Origin: Ginkgo biloba
Taxonomy: Eukaryota > Plantae > Ginkgophyta
Direction of reading: 5' to 3'
Length of the DNA: 24,050 bases
Assembly: GCA_024626585.2 (NCBI GenBank)
Contig: JANKJI020000002.1
Coordinates: forward strand, 220,777,653-220,801,702
How positions within the stretch are numbered: position 1 is the stretch's first letter; each line of letters begins with the position of its first letter. Shown one piece after another: positions 11,187-22,099 of this stretch. The position numbers and the translations under genes were made by a program. The notes below the pieces were generated by a model that was not told the origin of the DNA, searched no databases, and saw only the letters and a list, made by a program, of their open reading frames with translations.

Positions 11187-11401
11187 GTTGGTGATTTTGC
11201 AGATGATAATCGTGCAGGCATTGATCACTCTTTACATCGTATTAGTGCTATTCGAAATCGGCAGGGACGTGTTATTGGCTTGACTTGTCGAGTTGGCCGG
11301 GCAATACCTGGAAGTGCAGATATGGTTCGGGACTTGGTGGAGAGTGGAGGTTCTCTTTTGCTTATAGGGCCTCCAGGAGTTGGGAAGACCACTGTCATTA
11401 G
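11187..11401 (+). CDS. ycf45: Internal exon of a nuclear Ycf45/SpoIIIAA-like P-loop NTPase (plant SPD1 family)
   Basis: Polypyrimidine acceptor tttatatcttttgcAG ends at 11186, and the donor AG|GTctat starts at 11402 (215 nt, phase 0 to phase 2). The exon translates without stops as [72 protein letters not shown]. It contains the family signatures [24 protein letters not shown] and Walker A GPPGVGKT. Family assigned from remembered motifs; the exact paralogue is not established. Confidence 0.92.
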
Positions 11402-12020
11402 GTCTATTTTCTTTTCAAAAAATTATTGAGATATTACAAAGCCCTGTAAACGCTTTTTNNNNNNNNNNAATTTAACTTCAGATTGGATGGTGCCTTTTAT
11501 TAACTTTCTGCACTATTTCTACTCTTACTTTCTGTAAATCATATCAATTGCGATGTTGTGACACGGTATTCTAGCTAATATTCCACCTGCTTAGCCTAAG
11601 GGAATGTATTGATGAGTATCTAGTTTTGTATAAAATGGCTTGGGTTGTGGTATTTGTCTTGAGGGCATTATAGGAGGAAGCTCTCTAAGCAAATGATATG
11701 TGATGGTATACTTGAGATATGTGAGGCTACCCTGAAAAAGAGTATCAATTTGTTGCCTGTGTGCCAAAACATTTTCTCAATAAAATTCCAAGTAGTTAAA
11801 GTATCCTGAGGAAGATGATTTCTGAAAAATGCAGCAAAATGCATCATATGTAGAAATTCAAATTCATGGGAAAATAATTAGTGAATAAGAAGGTAGTCAT
11901 GGGATGGAAGTTGATGTTGAGAGGGGTGGAAATACTTTGTGGCAAGTTGGAGGTCGTAGGAACAGCTTGCAAGATATTAGAAAATAGTTGTATGAAATCC
12001 TAACCTACACATAGTGCTTC

Positions 12021-12128
12021 GTTATGATGCAACTCTCACCCTAAACTATTGCTTGTAATGCATGCGCTACTTAGTTATGATGCACCGCTCTGCCTAAAGA
12101 ACTACTTCCTTACATATACACACTACTA
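12021..12128. repeat. Degenerate ~53-bp tandem pair
   Basis: gttatgatgca at 12021 and 12074, each followed by similar ctc..cctaaa..acta.t sequence. Confidence 0.55.
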
Positions 12129-12415
12129 TGTTTCAATCAGAAACTTCAATGTAGGAGATTTGAACATAGAACCTTAAATGCTGGGAATGTAGAAAGATCC
12201 ATCAACTTATGATTATATCAACATTCAAGACAACTTAATGTATAGTTGCTCGTTACAACCCACACAAAAGCCATGCATCGAAAATCACAAGCAAATTCCA
12301 CCTATGCCAATTTGAGCTTTACCCCATACAGATGGTATTCTAAACACAAATTGTAACATACAAAGGAAGGGCAACTTGAAATTAAAAAATTCAACATAAC
12401 AAGATGCATGGAAAA

Positions 12416-12708
12416 CTCTAACTCAATTGGTTAGTCTTACCCACTCTCTATAAATACACACAACAAACCACTTTGCATCCATTCATTATTAGAAATTATT
12501 CTGAAAAGCATAGAAAAACGATTAGATTATGTTAAACTTGTTGAACCCTTTCTGACTATACCTTGTTGAAAGGGGTTAGAGGACTAAGCTCTTCAATATA
12601 TGTTCTACAAAACCAATACCCTAAACTCCAAAACCTAGCTCCAACTCAATTGTTCAGTCTCACCCACTCTTTATAAATACACACAACAAACCACTTTGCA
12701 TCAATTCA
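12416..12708 (+). repeat. 70-bp direct repeat containing TATAAATA (12416-12485 and 12639-12708), probably LTR-promoter derived
   Basis: The two copies align without gaps with 6 mismatches in 70 nt by manual count. The second copy runs into a gap. Confidence 0.85.
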
Positions 12709-12808
12709 NNNNNNNNNNNNNNNNNNNNNNNNNNNNNNNNNNNNNNNNNNNNNNNNNNNNNNNNNNNNNNNNNNNNNNNNNNNNNNNNNNNNNNNNNNNN
12801 NNNNNNNN

Positions 12809-13865
12809 AACACTATCATCTTACTAAAAATATCCACTACTAAAAATAAGTAGTCATGGCCTTGCCAGGTCTTTGCCAATCGTCCTATAAAATCCATGCA
12901 GATTATATCCCATGATCAACTTAGAATTGGTAATGGTGTATACAAACATAATTTTTTATAAGTAGGTTTTTATATATTACAAAGAACAAATCCATTTATA
13001 AATTTAGAAACATGAATTTGTATACATGGCTAATACACATATCTTTGTAAGTTTAAAAGGGCATTTCTAATTAAAAAATATCCTTCCACTTTATAAGTAT
13101 GGGGTTCCCTAATCAAATTCACTCAATACTCTCCTTGAGGTATACACAGTTTGTCATTTTTATACAATAGAACTTCTTAAAGATAAAATTATATTTTTTT
13201 CTCCCCCTTCTATAATGATTCTACGATTGGATGGAAATATCTATCTCCTTCTTACTTGATGCAAATATACTTCAAAGGAAAAGGATAAATTTATATGAAA
13301 ATTTTGAGATAATTTGATTTAGTAGGTTGGAAAACAAATATTATATCTTATCTATCACCCCCTTCTTATACTTTATGAAAATATTAAATTACTATAGGTA
13401 GGGCATCCATTTAATATTACTTACTTCCTATAATTTAGAACATGTTTATATAAATTGGAGTGGCTTGTGATCAATATGGATTACTGTCTCTTTACCCAAG
13501 ATATATGTTCTCAAATGCTTCATTGCTTTATATGTAGTAAGGATATCTTTATCATAAGTTGGGTAATTCAAAACAACTCGTAATTATTTTTTAGAATGGT
13601 ATGCAATTGATCTACCATCCTACATAAGGATAGCTTCAAGTGCATAGCCATATGTATTAACTTCAATCTCAAAGGGCTTGCGTATATTTGGAATATCCAA
13701 CATAGGTGCTTCATTAATATTCTTTTCCAAAGTATTATAAGCTTGCTCTTGGGCCTTTGTACAAATAAATTATGTCTCTCCTTTTGTCAAAGCATGCAAT
13801 GGTACCCTAAAACTATAAAAATAAGGAATGAACTTATGAAGATATTGGAAATATCTAACAAATAT
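12809..13865 (-). mobile_element. Degenerate Ty3/gypsy pol: RT end, RNase H and integrase N-terminus/core
   Basis: Minus strand: KPFEIEVNTYGYALEAILM*DGRSIAYHS, NYPTYDKDI, ILGKETVIHIDHKPLQF (RNase H). Then LYTPLPI and MDFIGRLAKTWQGHDYLFLVVDIFSKM (integrase). The RNase H-before-integrase order indicates gypsy; chromovirus-like by motif. Confidence 0.92.
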
Positions 13866-16643
13866 TATTATGCAGGTGCGATAATAAAAAATATGTAAGT
13901 GGTGAGTTGCTTAAAATAGGGAGTTAATAAAAGAGTAAGTGGAAATTTAGTTAGGAAGTTAGAACATGGGCATATTGGTACCCTTAATTATAATGAGAAT
14001 ATCTAAGAAACCATTTCTAATTAGCCTAGGGTTTTTCTTGTAAAGTAATGGGCAAAAAAAGGGATACAATTTTACTTGATAATAATATAAAAGGATGTAT
14101 TTAAGAGGAATCTAGGGCCTTTATAATATAAGATTAATTTTATAGATTTTTGGCTAGACCCAAAATGACAATAGACTAATACCATCACTTGCATTACAAA
14201 TGTATGAGAAATGATTTTAAATTAGCCAAAAGTTTATTCTACAAAGTTGTGGGTAATGAAAAGGGATATCATTTTTACTTAAGGATCATATGAAAATATA
14301 CATTGTGGCCCAAAGGGCAATACAGAGCAAAAAACTAAGTATAGTCTGGCCCCAAGGGCATTGAGACAGCATAGCGTGAAGTTCAAGCATAAGGGGATAC
14401 CAATGGAGTAATGCCATCATTAGGGTCCCTCCTAGCCTCCCAATCAGTAGAGAACTAGTTGGGTCATTATCTGGGGATGCCCAGATTATCATCTTGTTTT
14501 TCTTGCCTAGGAGTGATCTCCCACCCATCCCTTGTATAAGGAAATGCAAGACCAAAAGTTGGAAACTTACCATTTTTGGGAAAATGGGCAGGGGATGAGA
14601 TCTATACTGTTGTGGGGCAGTCTGGTCCTGCATCAGGACCTGCTCCTGTTTAAGTAACCTCCTTTGGCAGCATCACTCATGGGTCCTGGGGCATTCCACT
14701 GACTTTACAAGGGGCACTTTTTAATGCTTTAGTTCCGCAAGGTGGCTCAGCTCCACCTGCACCAACATAGCCTGATTTGGAATTTATAAGGATCCGTTGG
14801 GTGAAATGACAGGACAAAAGAGGTTAGTCATTTTGCAATCAACTTTATCTTGCCAATATACCATTACATTTCTTGATTTCAATGTAAAGAATAAGACTTC
14901 AACTCCAAGTACGTACCAATCATTATAGAAAGTAGCAGACTATGGACCCATGTCCGCTAACAGGGCAAACACCCAGCTAAACTAATACACAGAATCTATT
15001 GTGGTATGCTTTTCCCAAATTTCCAAATTTCAGGCATTGGGGGGATTTATGATTCTACATGGTCATGTTCATGTAAGTTTTATATCAAATATATGCCATA
15101 CTGGTTTTAGGAGGGTGTTCTATCTCACAGATAATGGTATAAGAACTCTTTGAAATGGAAACTGCATTGTGGTGTGGTGTGGGGACTGTTTATAGTCAGA
15201 TTTGATGAATAAAGTGAATCTAAGTCTGTCTTTGCTTCTGTTCTATCCTGAAACTAGAAGTGATTTTCTTATAAAACCAGAAATTTAACAGCTGCTGTCT
15301 CAAAAATATACAAACAGATTTATGACAGCAACAGGTTTGCAGCAGTCATATAATTATTATCTCTAAGCAATACATTGACTAATAACCATTTATGTATTGA
15401 ATGGCATATAAGAATATACACATTCATGGATCCAATGAAAAAATCAACATGTCATCATTGAGTCATGAGAACTGCGTCCACTGTAATAGAACCAGCATAT
15501 CAAAATACGTCAAATTACAGAATGAAAATGCCCAATACATAAGTTGGTGCAGCAGCGAATGAACCGACTCCAGTAATTTTCAATCCCAACAGTGACTGAG
15601 ATGGCGAAGACAAATCTTGAATGATATTTGTTCTATATAGATGCTACTGAATTTCTGTACTCTCTAATTATCAAAAGTATGTGAACGTTAAAGTCTTCCA
15701 CTTCTGATTCTACTCATCCACAATTACATGTATTTGATTTTCCCTTGTTAAATACATGTGCTTTAGTTTACTCTAATGATTTACCATTTACATTACAGTC
15801 ATGGGCACATTTTCTCCTCAGATCAGAACCCAGATATATCCATCAAACTTCTTCAATTGCTTTTGCACTTCTCTCCCCTCTGTTTTTGCCTAGAACTGTG
15901 TTCTTTTCCTGCAATCATCTCTGTATATGTGGCATTGTTTTATCTTTTACCCCAAAATAAATACAAAGCACCCTTGTGGATATTGAATTAATCTTTTGAG
16001 TACATTGGCGTCACAATGCAATTGCTTGGATATTTAGAAGACTACATGAATACCATAGTTGCAAATATGTTTAGAAAAACATGTACGCCAGTCCCAAAAG
16101 TATGGAAAAATTATGGTAATTAAAAAAGTATGGAAAGTATGCCAAAATATATGCTTCTGATGAGGAGATTGCACACAAAGACGGTTTTCTTCCCCAGGAT
16201 ACATAGGAATTGAGTGGCTGCATAGAGGAAAAACTTGGCGTGAAAAGCACATGAGGGCATCAAGCATCATCCAGAGAAAACCATGATCCTTGTTGCTAAT
16301 AATGGGTACCAGTTGTGGAGCCCACCATCAGTAATCATTCATAAAGATATAGCATGAATTAATTATGTAAAAACATCATAAATGGAATGCACGAACATCA
16401 ATACACGATATGGGGTACAAATTTTTGTTTATTACTTCATTAATGATGGTATATCAATGTATCTGCTAGGGAATGAACTCTCACATCAAGCCCTAGAAAA
16501 CAAAACTCAGCTTTCACACACTTATGCCTATTTCTCTCTCCTATTTATTACTTTCNNNNNNNNNNNNNNNNNNNNNNNNNNNNNNNNNNNNNNNNNNNNN
16601 NNNNNNNNNNNNNNNNNNNNNNNNNNNNNNNNNNNNNNNNNNN

Positions 16644-17125
16644 TAAATGCGCCATTTAATACCCTAATTCTCATTGGCTGATGTCATCAGATCCTCATTA
16701 ATTATGGATTTCTCTCATTAAATGTGGCTCATTAATGGCGTCTTAGGGCTGGCTTCATTATGTATTAAATGTGGATTTCATTCTATCATTTGCTGATGTC
16801 ATTGGGCCTGCATTAAACGTAAATTTCAGGGATGACATCATCCATACTATCTTCTTAATCANNNNNNNNNNNNNNNNNNNNNNNNNNNNNNNNNNNNNNN
16901 NNNNNNNNNNNNNNNNNNNNNNNNNNNNNNNNNNNNNNNNNNNNNNNNNNNNNNATAATTGCTGCATTAAATGTGCTTTCATAGGGCTGATGCATGCATT
17001 GTACTTCTTATTTAGGGCTGATGTTATTCTGGTTTTAATACTGTACTTATTTAGGGCTGATGTCACCTTGTACTTGAATACATGCTGCCATATCATCAAT
17101 TTCATGCTGCCATGTCATCATGTTG
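16644..17125. repeat. Low-complexity array of GCTGATGTCA / CATTAAATGTG / TTAGGGCTGATG motifs, likely LTR U3-derived
   Basis: gctgatgtca near 16677, 16792 and 17056; gatgacatca at 16831; cttatttagggctgatgt twice; cattaaatgtg repeated. Bounded by or containing gaps. Confidence 0.55.
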
Positions 17126-18064
17126 TCCCTTCGTGTGTCATAATTACACTATTCTTGTAGTTTTATTGTCATTATTCATCATCTGCNNNNNNNNNNNNNN
17201 NNNNNNNNNNNNNNNNNNNNNNNNNNNNNNNNNNNNNNNNNNNNNNNNNNNNNNNNNNNNNNNNNNNNNNNNNNNNNNNNNNNNNNACTTCCCTATGGGA
17301 ATGTGACTTGTATATGTAATTTCAAATTCAAACGAATATGTAATGACATTTGAATGTGTTCCAGTGTTCCTCTTCAAAGTTTTCTAACAATGACTACCTT
17401 GGAGGGGCCACCCCAACTTGAAATACCTAAACTTAATAAGGTGTGGGGCTAGCACTATCACCCACACTTGAGAGAAAAGAAGTTGCAAGCATGGTCATCA
17501 TGCAAGATCAACTAAAGGTTGTAAGAAAAAACCTCACCCATACAATAATCAAGGGTTGAGGTAATTCCCATGGCCTAGCTTGGACCAGAAATTGGACACC
17601 ACATAGAGTCAAGAAAATAATTCTAAATGCCATGAGAAAAAACTTCAATCAATCATGGACACTATCTCATTCAAGACATCTAACACGAATTTTCAGCATC
17701 CTGGCCTAATTGAAGAACCATTTATTTTCAACACAACAATACTCAATTGCAAAGAAGAATGCTCCCATTATTGCTTCCACATCGAATCGACATATGATAG
17801 GATCAACCACAATAGGAGAGAGAGTGCCAAAGCATATGAACAATAACTTGTTGAAGATAATTATGACCAAATCAAATGCAAATCTAAGCAAGGACAAGAT
17901 TTACATCACACCAAATTCTAGGACGATTGACCCTCCCCATGCAATTGATGTTTCAACATAAACCCTAGCTTTGGCAGACAACTTTGATCTTGCATAGAAC
18001 ATATTGGCTTTAAACTTGTCCATAGACTCATTGAGCACAAGGGTTACATCAACACATTGAGTTG

Positions 18065-18358
18065 CTTAGGGTGATTGATCCATTTTTCCTCCTTGCAAGT
18101 ATAATGGGAACTGCATATAGGCTTTTGTTGTGTAATGGTGCCTATGTCTTGGAGTTCTTGTACCAAAGTCTTGATCTCAATCTTTTGTTTGTGCCTATAT
18201 CTATACGATTTTACTATGGTTGGGGCCTTGTTTGGCTCTATTTCTACGATATGCTTCGTACCTCTATGTAGTGGTAAACTTTTGGGAAGATCTTGTGAAG
18301 CCTTGTGATGGTTTTGGAACCTACTTTTGGGACTTTCCTTTTCGTAGACATTTTTTTT
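18065..18358 (-). mobile_element. Ty3/gypsy RT N-terminal fragment (chromovirus-like), degenerate
   Basis: QDLPKSLPLHRGTKHIVEIEPNKAPTIVKSYRYRHKQKIEIKTLVQELQDIGTI matches LPP.R...H.I.L.P...P....YRYP..QK.EIE..V.E.L..G.I. It is followed by a frameshifted SP...P.ILA.RKNGS-like segment, after which homology ends. Confidence 0.85.
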
Positions 18359-18458
18359 NNNNNNNNNNNNNNNNNNNNNNNNNNNNNNNNNNNNNNNNNN
18401 NNNNNNNNNNNNNNNNNNNNNNNNNNNNNNNNNNNNNNNNNNNNNNNNNNNNNNNNNN

Positions 18459-19928
18459 GCACAAAACATAACCATTCCAGTAAGTTTGGATGTATAACCC
18501 ACATTGAGTGCTAGCACACCTCACAACACCGGAGCATCTCCAAGGGTTCTCAAGGTGTTAGCCCTACCCTCATTGTAAGTAGCCCTATGACACCAAGTCA
18601 TCCAATGCTCACTATGGTGTATGGCTTGTATGGTCACAAGTCGAAGGCAATGTATCCAATGCATAAGCATGGCTAAACCTATTCCTAAATCCCCTTAGTG
18701 GTTTTCTTGCTAAGACAAATTATCATAAGAACCAAGTTCTAGGGTTTAAGGCCTGACAATTAGGGAAGACGAATGACTTATCAAAGCCTAATGTCCATAC
18801 ATATGCAAAAAGCACCATAAAAAAAGCAAAAACAACCCATTAACTAAGGGTGCCCTACTATAGGGAGTGTAGATATGTAATTCAAAGATAAATAGAGTGA
18901 TATCTATGAATAGACAAGCATAATTCATGTTTCAAACTTCATTGTTAATGCACATTCATAGTACACGTCGAAATAGTGCAAAACAAAAATAATGCATAAA
19001 CAATAAGGCCGAATTGCATACCTTGAATTAGGGGACTTACCTAGTGAATTTGGAGAATCTGGAGGTGCCAAAAGACTCTTTGATCCAAAACATCTCACTT
19101 CCTCCTTCTCGAGGGAAACACTCCACCTGGAGATCTAGATGCAGTACTATTGCAGAACCAATCGTTAATTTGTAGTCGCAGTGCAAAACCAAGCCTTAAT
19201 GCGTAATCAAGGTGCAAAATCCACAGATAATGCATAGTAACAGTACAAAACTAGTTGTCAGGGTACCAAAAAGTGTTGTGACTTCCATTAGATATTCGTT
19301 CGGCCTCACAGTACCTTCTCAACTCATACTAACCTCGTCAATGAGGTCGCCCTCACCTACAAAAGAGATTTGAGCACTCTTTTAGATAAAACTCCTTCAA
19401 AAACCTGTCATAAATGCAAGAAACTGAGCTCAGCTATGCAAACATCATCTAGTGCTTGAAAGCAGTGACTTCCCTTAGTGTCAAGTAGCCAGAATGTAGT
19501 AAAGAAACTTATGAATGAGGATGCCCTTTGTAAGAGATCACGATGATAAAGAGAGAAAATGATTAAGGGTTATTTAAGCCTCGATAAACCCTATATATGC
19601 AATAAAGAAGAGACTAACCCCCATATAGAGTTGGGCTTACTCTTAGGGCTACCACAAACCCTAGGAAGTCTTGTGTGGCATAGCATGCTCTTTAATTACT
19701 CCTTGAAGGGAGGCACCCTTGGTTGAAATGCCCTATTAGCCATCTCTTTCACAATTTTCTCTCTCCTAAGTACCTTTGCATGGAGTTGAATCAACATGTG
19801 CAATATATATAATCGGGCCCCATCATTAAGCTTAGGTTTAGTAATGCCCTCGAGGCTGAATTTAAAGTCTTAGGGCTCTCCTTGAACCATTCTTTAAGGC
19901 CAAATTCATAGAAGTTTGAGTTGTGACA
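18459..19928 (-). mobile_element. LTR copy 1 (long gypsy-type LTR), left end lost in gap
   Basis: Homologous over ~1.2 kb (18459-19667) to 20558-21801. On the minus strand it starts TGTCACAAC at 19928. It has a TTAAATA followed by a CT-rich tract near 19575-19550, and AGGTAAGT/AGGTATGC motifs near 19017-19043. No ORF. Confidence 0.65.
19151..19250. repeat. 31-bp degenerate tandem array, about 3.2 units
   Basis: Units start at 19151, 19182, 19213 and 19244 (partial). Consensus about tgcaaaacca....taatgcgtagt..cag. Confidence 0.75.
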
Positions 19929-20557
19929 TCCTGTGATTATGATTATCGTGGCATTGATATTTGCTTCTTGTGCATGGAACACATTTGCAATCTCAATGTT
20001 AATCTAGATTTATAACTTCAAAATACATAGTCAACAAATATAACTAGTAGAAATTGTCGTTGATGACTTTTGTCACTAGAAATGGCTCATAACATTGATA
20101 AGATAGCTTTGGAATTGCAAGATCAATCTCTTTCAACTATTTCTTTTGTACATTGATGCACACCTACTACAAGAATTATGTTCACAAGAATTATTTTTGG
20201 CATATTATTCTTATGACTAAAAGTACAAATATATATTAGGCTTAAAAGACTAGACCACTAGGGGCAAAGGTAGACTCAACAACATGAACTAGCAACCACT
20301 ATTGGCCATCGAGGACCACCTATAGGGGCCTACTTAGCTACCAACCAAACCTCTGATGCATAAATGCTAACCATCATCACTAAGCGGCCTCCCTGCTTGA
20401 TTCCATCCAATGTAGCTAATACGAGTGCTAGGTGTGGGTCTATTTTTAACCCCTCTTTGGCACTAGGGTTATCTCCCTACGAGATACCCACCCCACTAAC
20501 AATATCATGCATACAAGTATATTGACTGCAAACATAAGTGTGAGCAAATATCTGCCC

Positions 20558-21801
20558 GCGCACAAAAACATATACAATTGCAAGTCAGTTCGAGAAGTAT
20601 GACCTGCTATCAGTGCTAGCACATCTCATAGCACCAAGACATCTCCTTAGGGCTCTTAGAGTGCTAGCCTTACCCTCACTATCAGTAGCCTTATGACTCC
20701 AAGTCACACAATGCTCATTATGGGCTATGGCTTGTACAGTCTCAAGTGGGACAAAGTGCATTGATTGCACAAGCATGGCTAAACTTATGCTTAACAACCC
20801 CCTCAGTGTTTTTTCTTGCTAGGACAAGTCACCATAAGAATCGGGCTCTAGGGTTCGAGGCCTGACAATCGGGGAAGAAGAATGGCTTATCAAACCCTAA
20901 TGTCCATTCATATAAAAAACCACCATACATGATGCAAAACTACCCATTGACTAAGGGTGCCCTATTGTAAGGAGTCTAAGCATGCAATTCTAGGGTAAAT
21001 AGACCCATATCCATGCATAAACAAGCATAATTCAGATTTTAGACCCTATTGTTAATGCACAATCATAGTACACAATAATAGTACATACAGAAATAACACA
21101 AACAGTAAGGTTGAATTGCATACCTTAGAATGAGGGTCTTACCCAGTGAATCTAGAGGTGCCAAGTGATTCCCTAGGTCAAAATATCTTAGTTTTACCCT
21201 TTGGAGTGCATTGCTCCACCTGTTGAGTTAGGATGCACCTTTGGTGCATGATCAAGATTAAATGTGCCGTTGTAATGCAGTACCAAACTCAATGTGCAGT
21301 TGCAGTGTAGAATCTATGGATGATGCGTAGTTAGGGTGCAAAATATAATGTTAATGTGTAGTAGCAGTACCAAATCATGCTGTCGATCTTTAAAAAAGTT
21401 GCGACTTGTTTGAGAGGTTCTTTGGGTCCCACAATACCTCCTTAAACCCACAAAACCCCTTGAATGAGGTAGTCTTCCCCTGTAGAAAATATTTGAGCAT
21501 CTCTTTCACAAAAAATCCTTTAGAAATTCACTATAAATGCAAGAAACTAGGTACATGTATGCAAAAAATAGCTAGGGCCTGAAAACAACTACTTCCCTAG
21601 TGTAGTCAAGTAGCCAAAACGCAGTAAAAGTGCTTTAGATGAGGAGGCCCTCTATAAGAGGTCACAATGATGAAGAGAGAAGATGATTAAGGGTTATCTA
21701 AGTCCAGATAAACCCTATTAATGCAATANNNNNNNNNNNNNNNNNNNNNNNNNNNNNNNNNNNNNNNGGCTCACTCCTAGGGCTGCCCCAATCCCTAGGA
21801 A
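20558..21801 (-). mobile_element. LTR copy 2 (same family as 18459-19928), truncated on the right, may extend further left
   Basis: Collinear blocks shared with copy 1: agtgctagcaca, aagcatggctaaac, aggcctgacaat, ctaagggtgcccta, attgttaatgcaca, gaattgcatacctt, ataaatgcaagaaact, gtcaagtagcca, atgattaagggttat, ccctaggaa. Confidence 0.8.
21245..21375. repeat. 30-31-bp degenerate tandem array, about 4.2 units
   Basis: Units start at 21245, 21276, 21306, 21337 and 21368 (partial). Homologous to 19151-19250. Confidence 0.7.
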
Positions 21802-22099
21802 ATATTTGAGACCAAGTGCCAAGTTTCTTCTAGTTCATTGTGTTTGCATCCCAGTTATTGTTTTCTTGGTCAATCCACTTGAGTTCCCTAATTCTTACTT
21901 GTCCAATCTTTTCAAAGTAATGACATTTATATCTTCATATTTCATTGTCATTCCTTTCCATATTTGAAGCTTGTGAATGACTTCAAACTCAATTTTTTCN
22001 NNNNNNNNNNNNNNNNNNNNNNNNNNNNNNNNNNNNNNNNNNNNNNNNNNNNNNNNNNNNNNNNNNNNNNNNNNNNNNNNNNNNNNNNNNNNNNNNNNN

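Noticed and set aside
11181-11429. Stand-alone 82-aa prokaryote-type gene, or a bacterial/plastid insertion of ycf45/spoIIIAA
   Set aside because: Homology begins and ends exactly at AG and GT splice signals. The TTG 'start' and the SIFFSKNY tail are intronic, and there is no operon context.
15480-16330. Further exons of the Ycf45-like gene or another gene
   Set aside because: Short open frames and an acceptor-like ttttcttccccAG near 16197 exist, but none encodes the expected family motifs or any recognisable protein.
19151-21375. CRISPR-like or repeat-spacer array next to reverse transcriptases (retron/DGR-like system)
   Set aside because: The 31-bp units are contiguous degenerate tandem repeats without unique spacers, no cas genes are present, and the RTs are ordinary decayed gypsy/LINE types.
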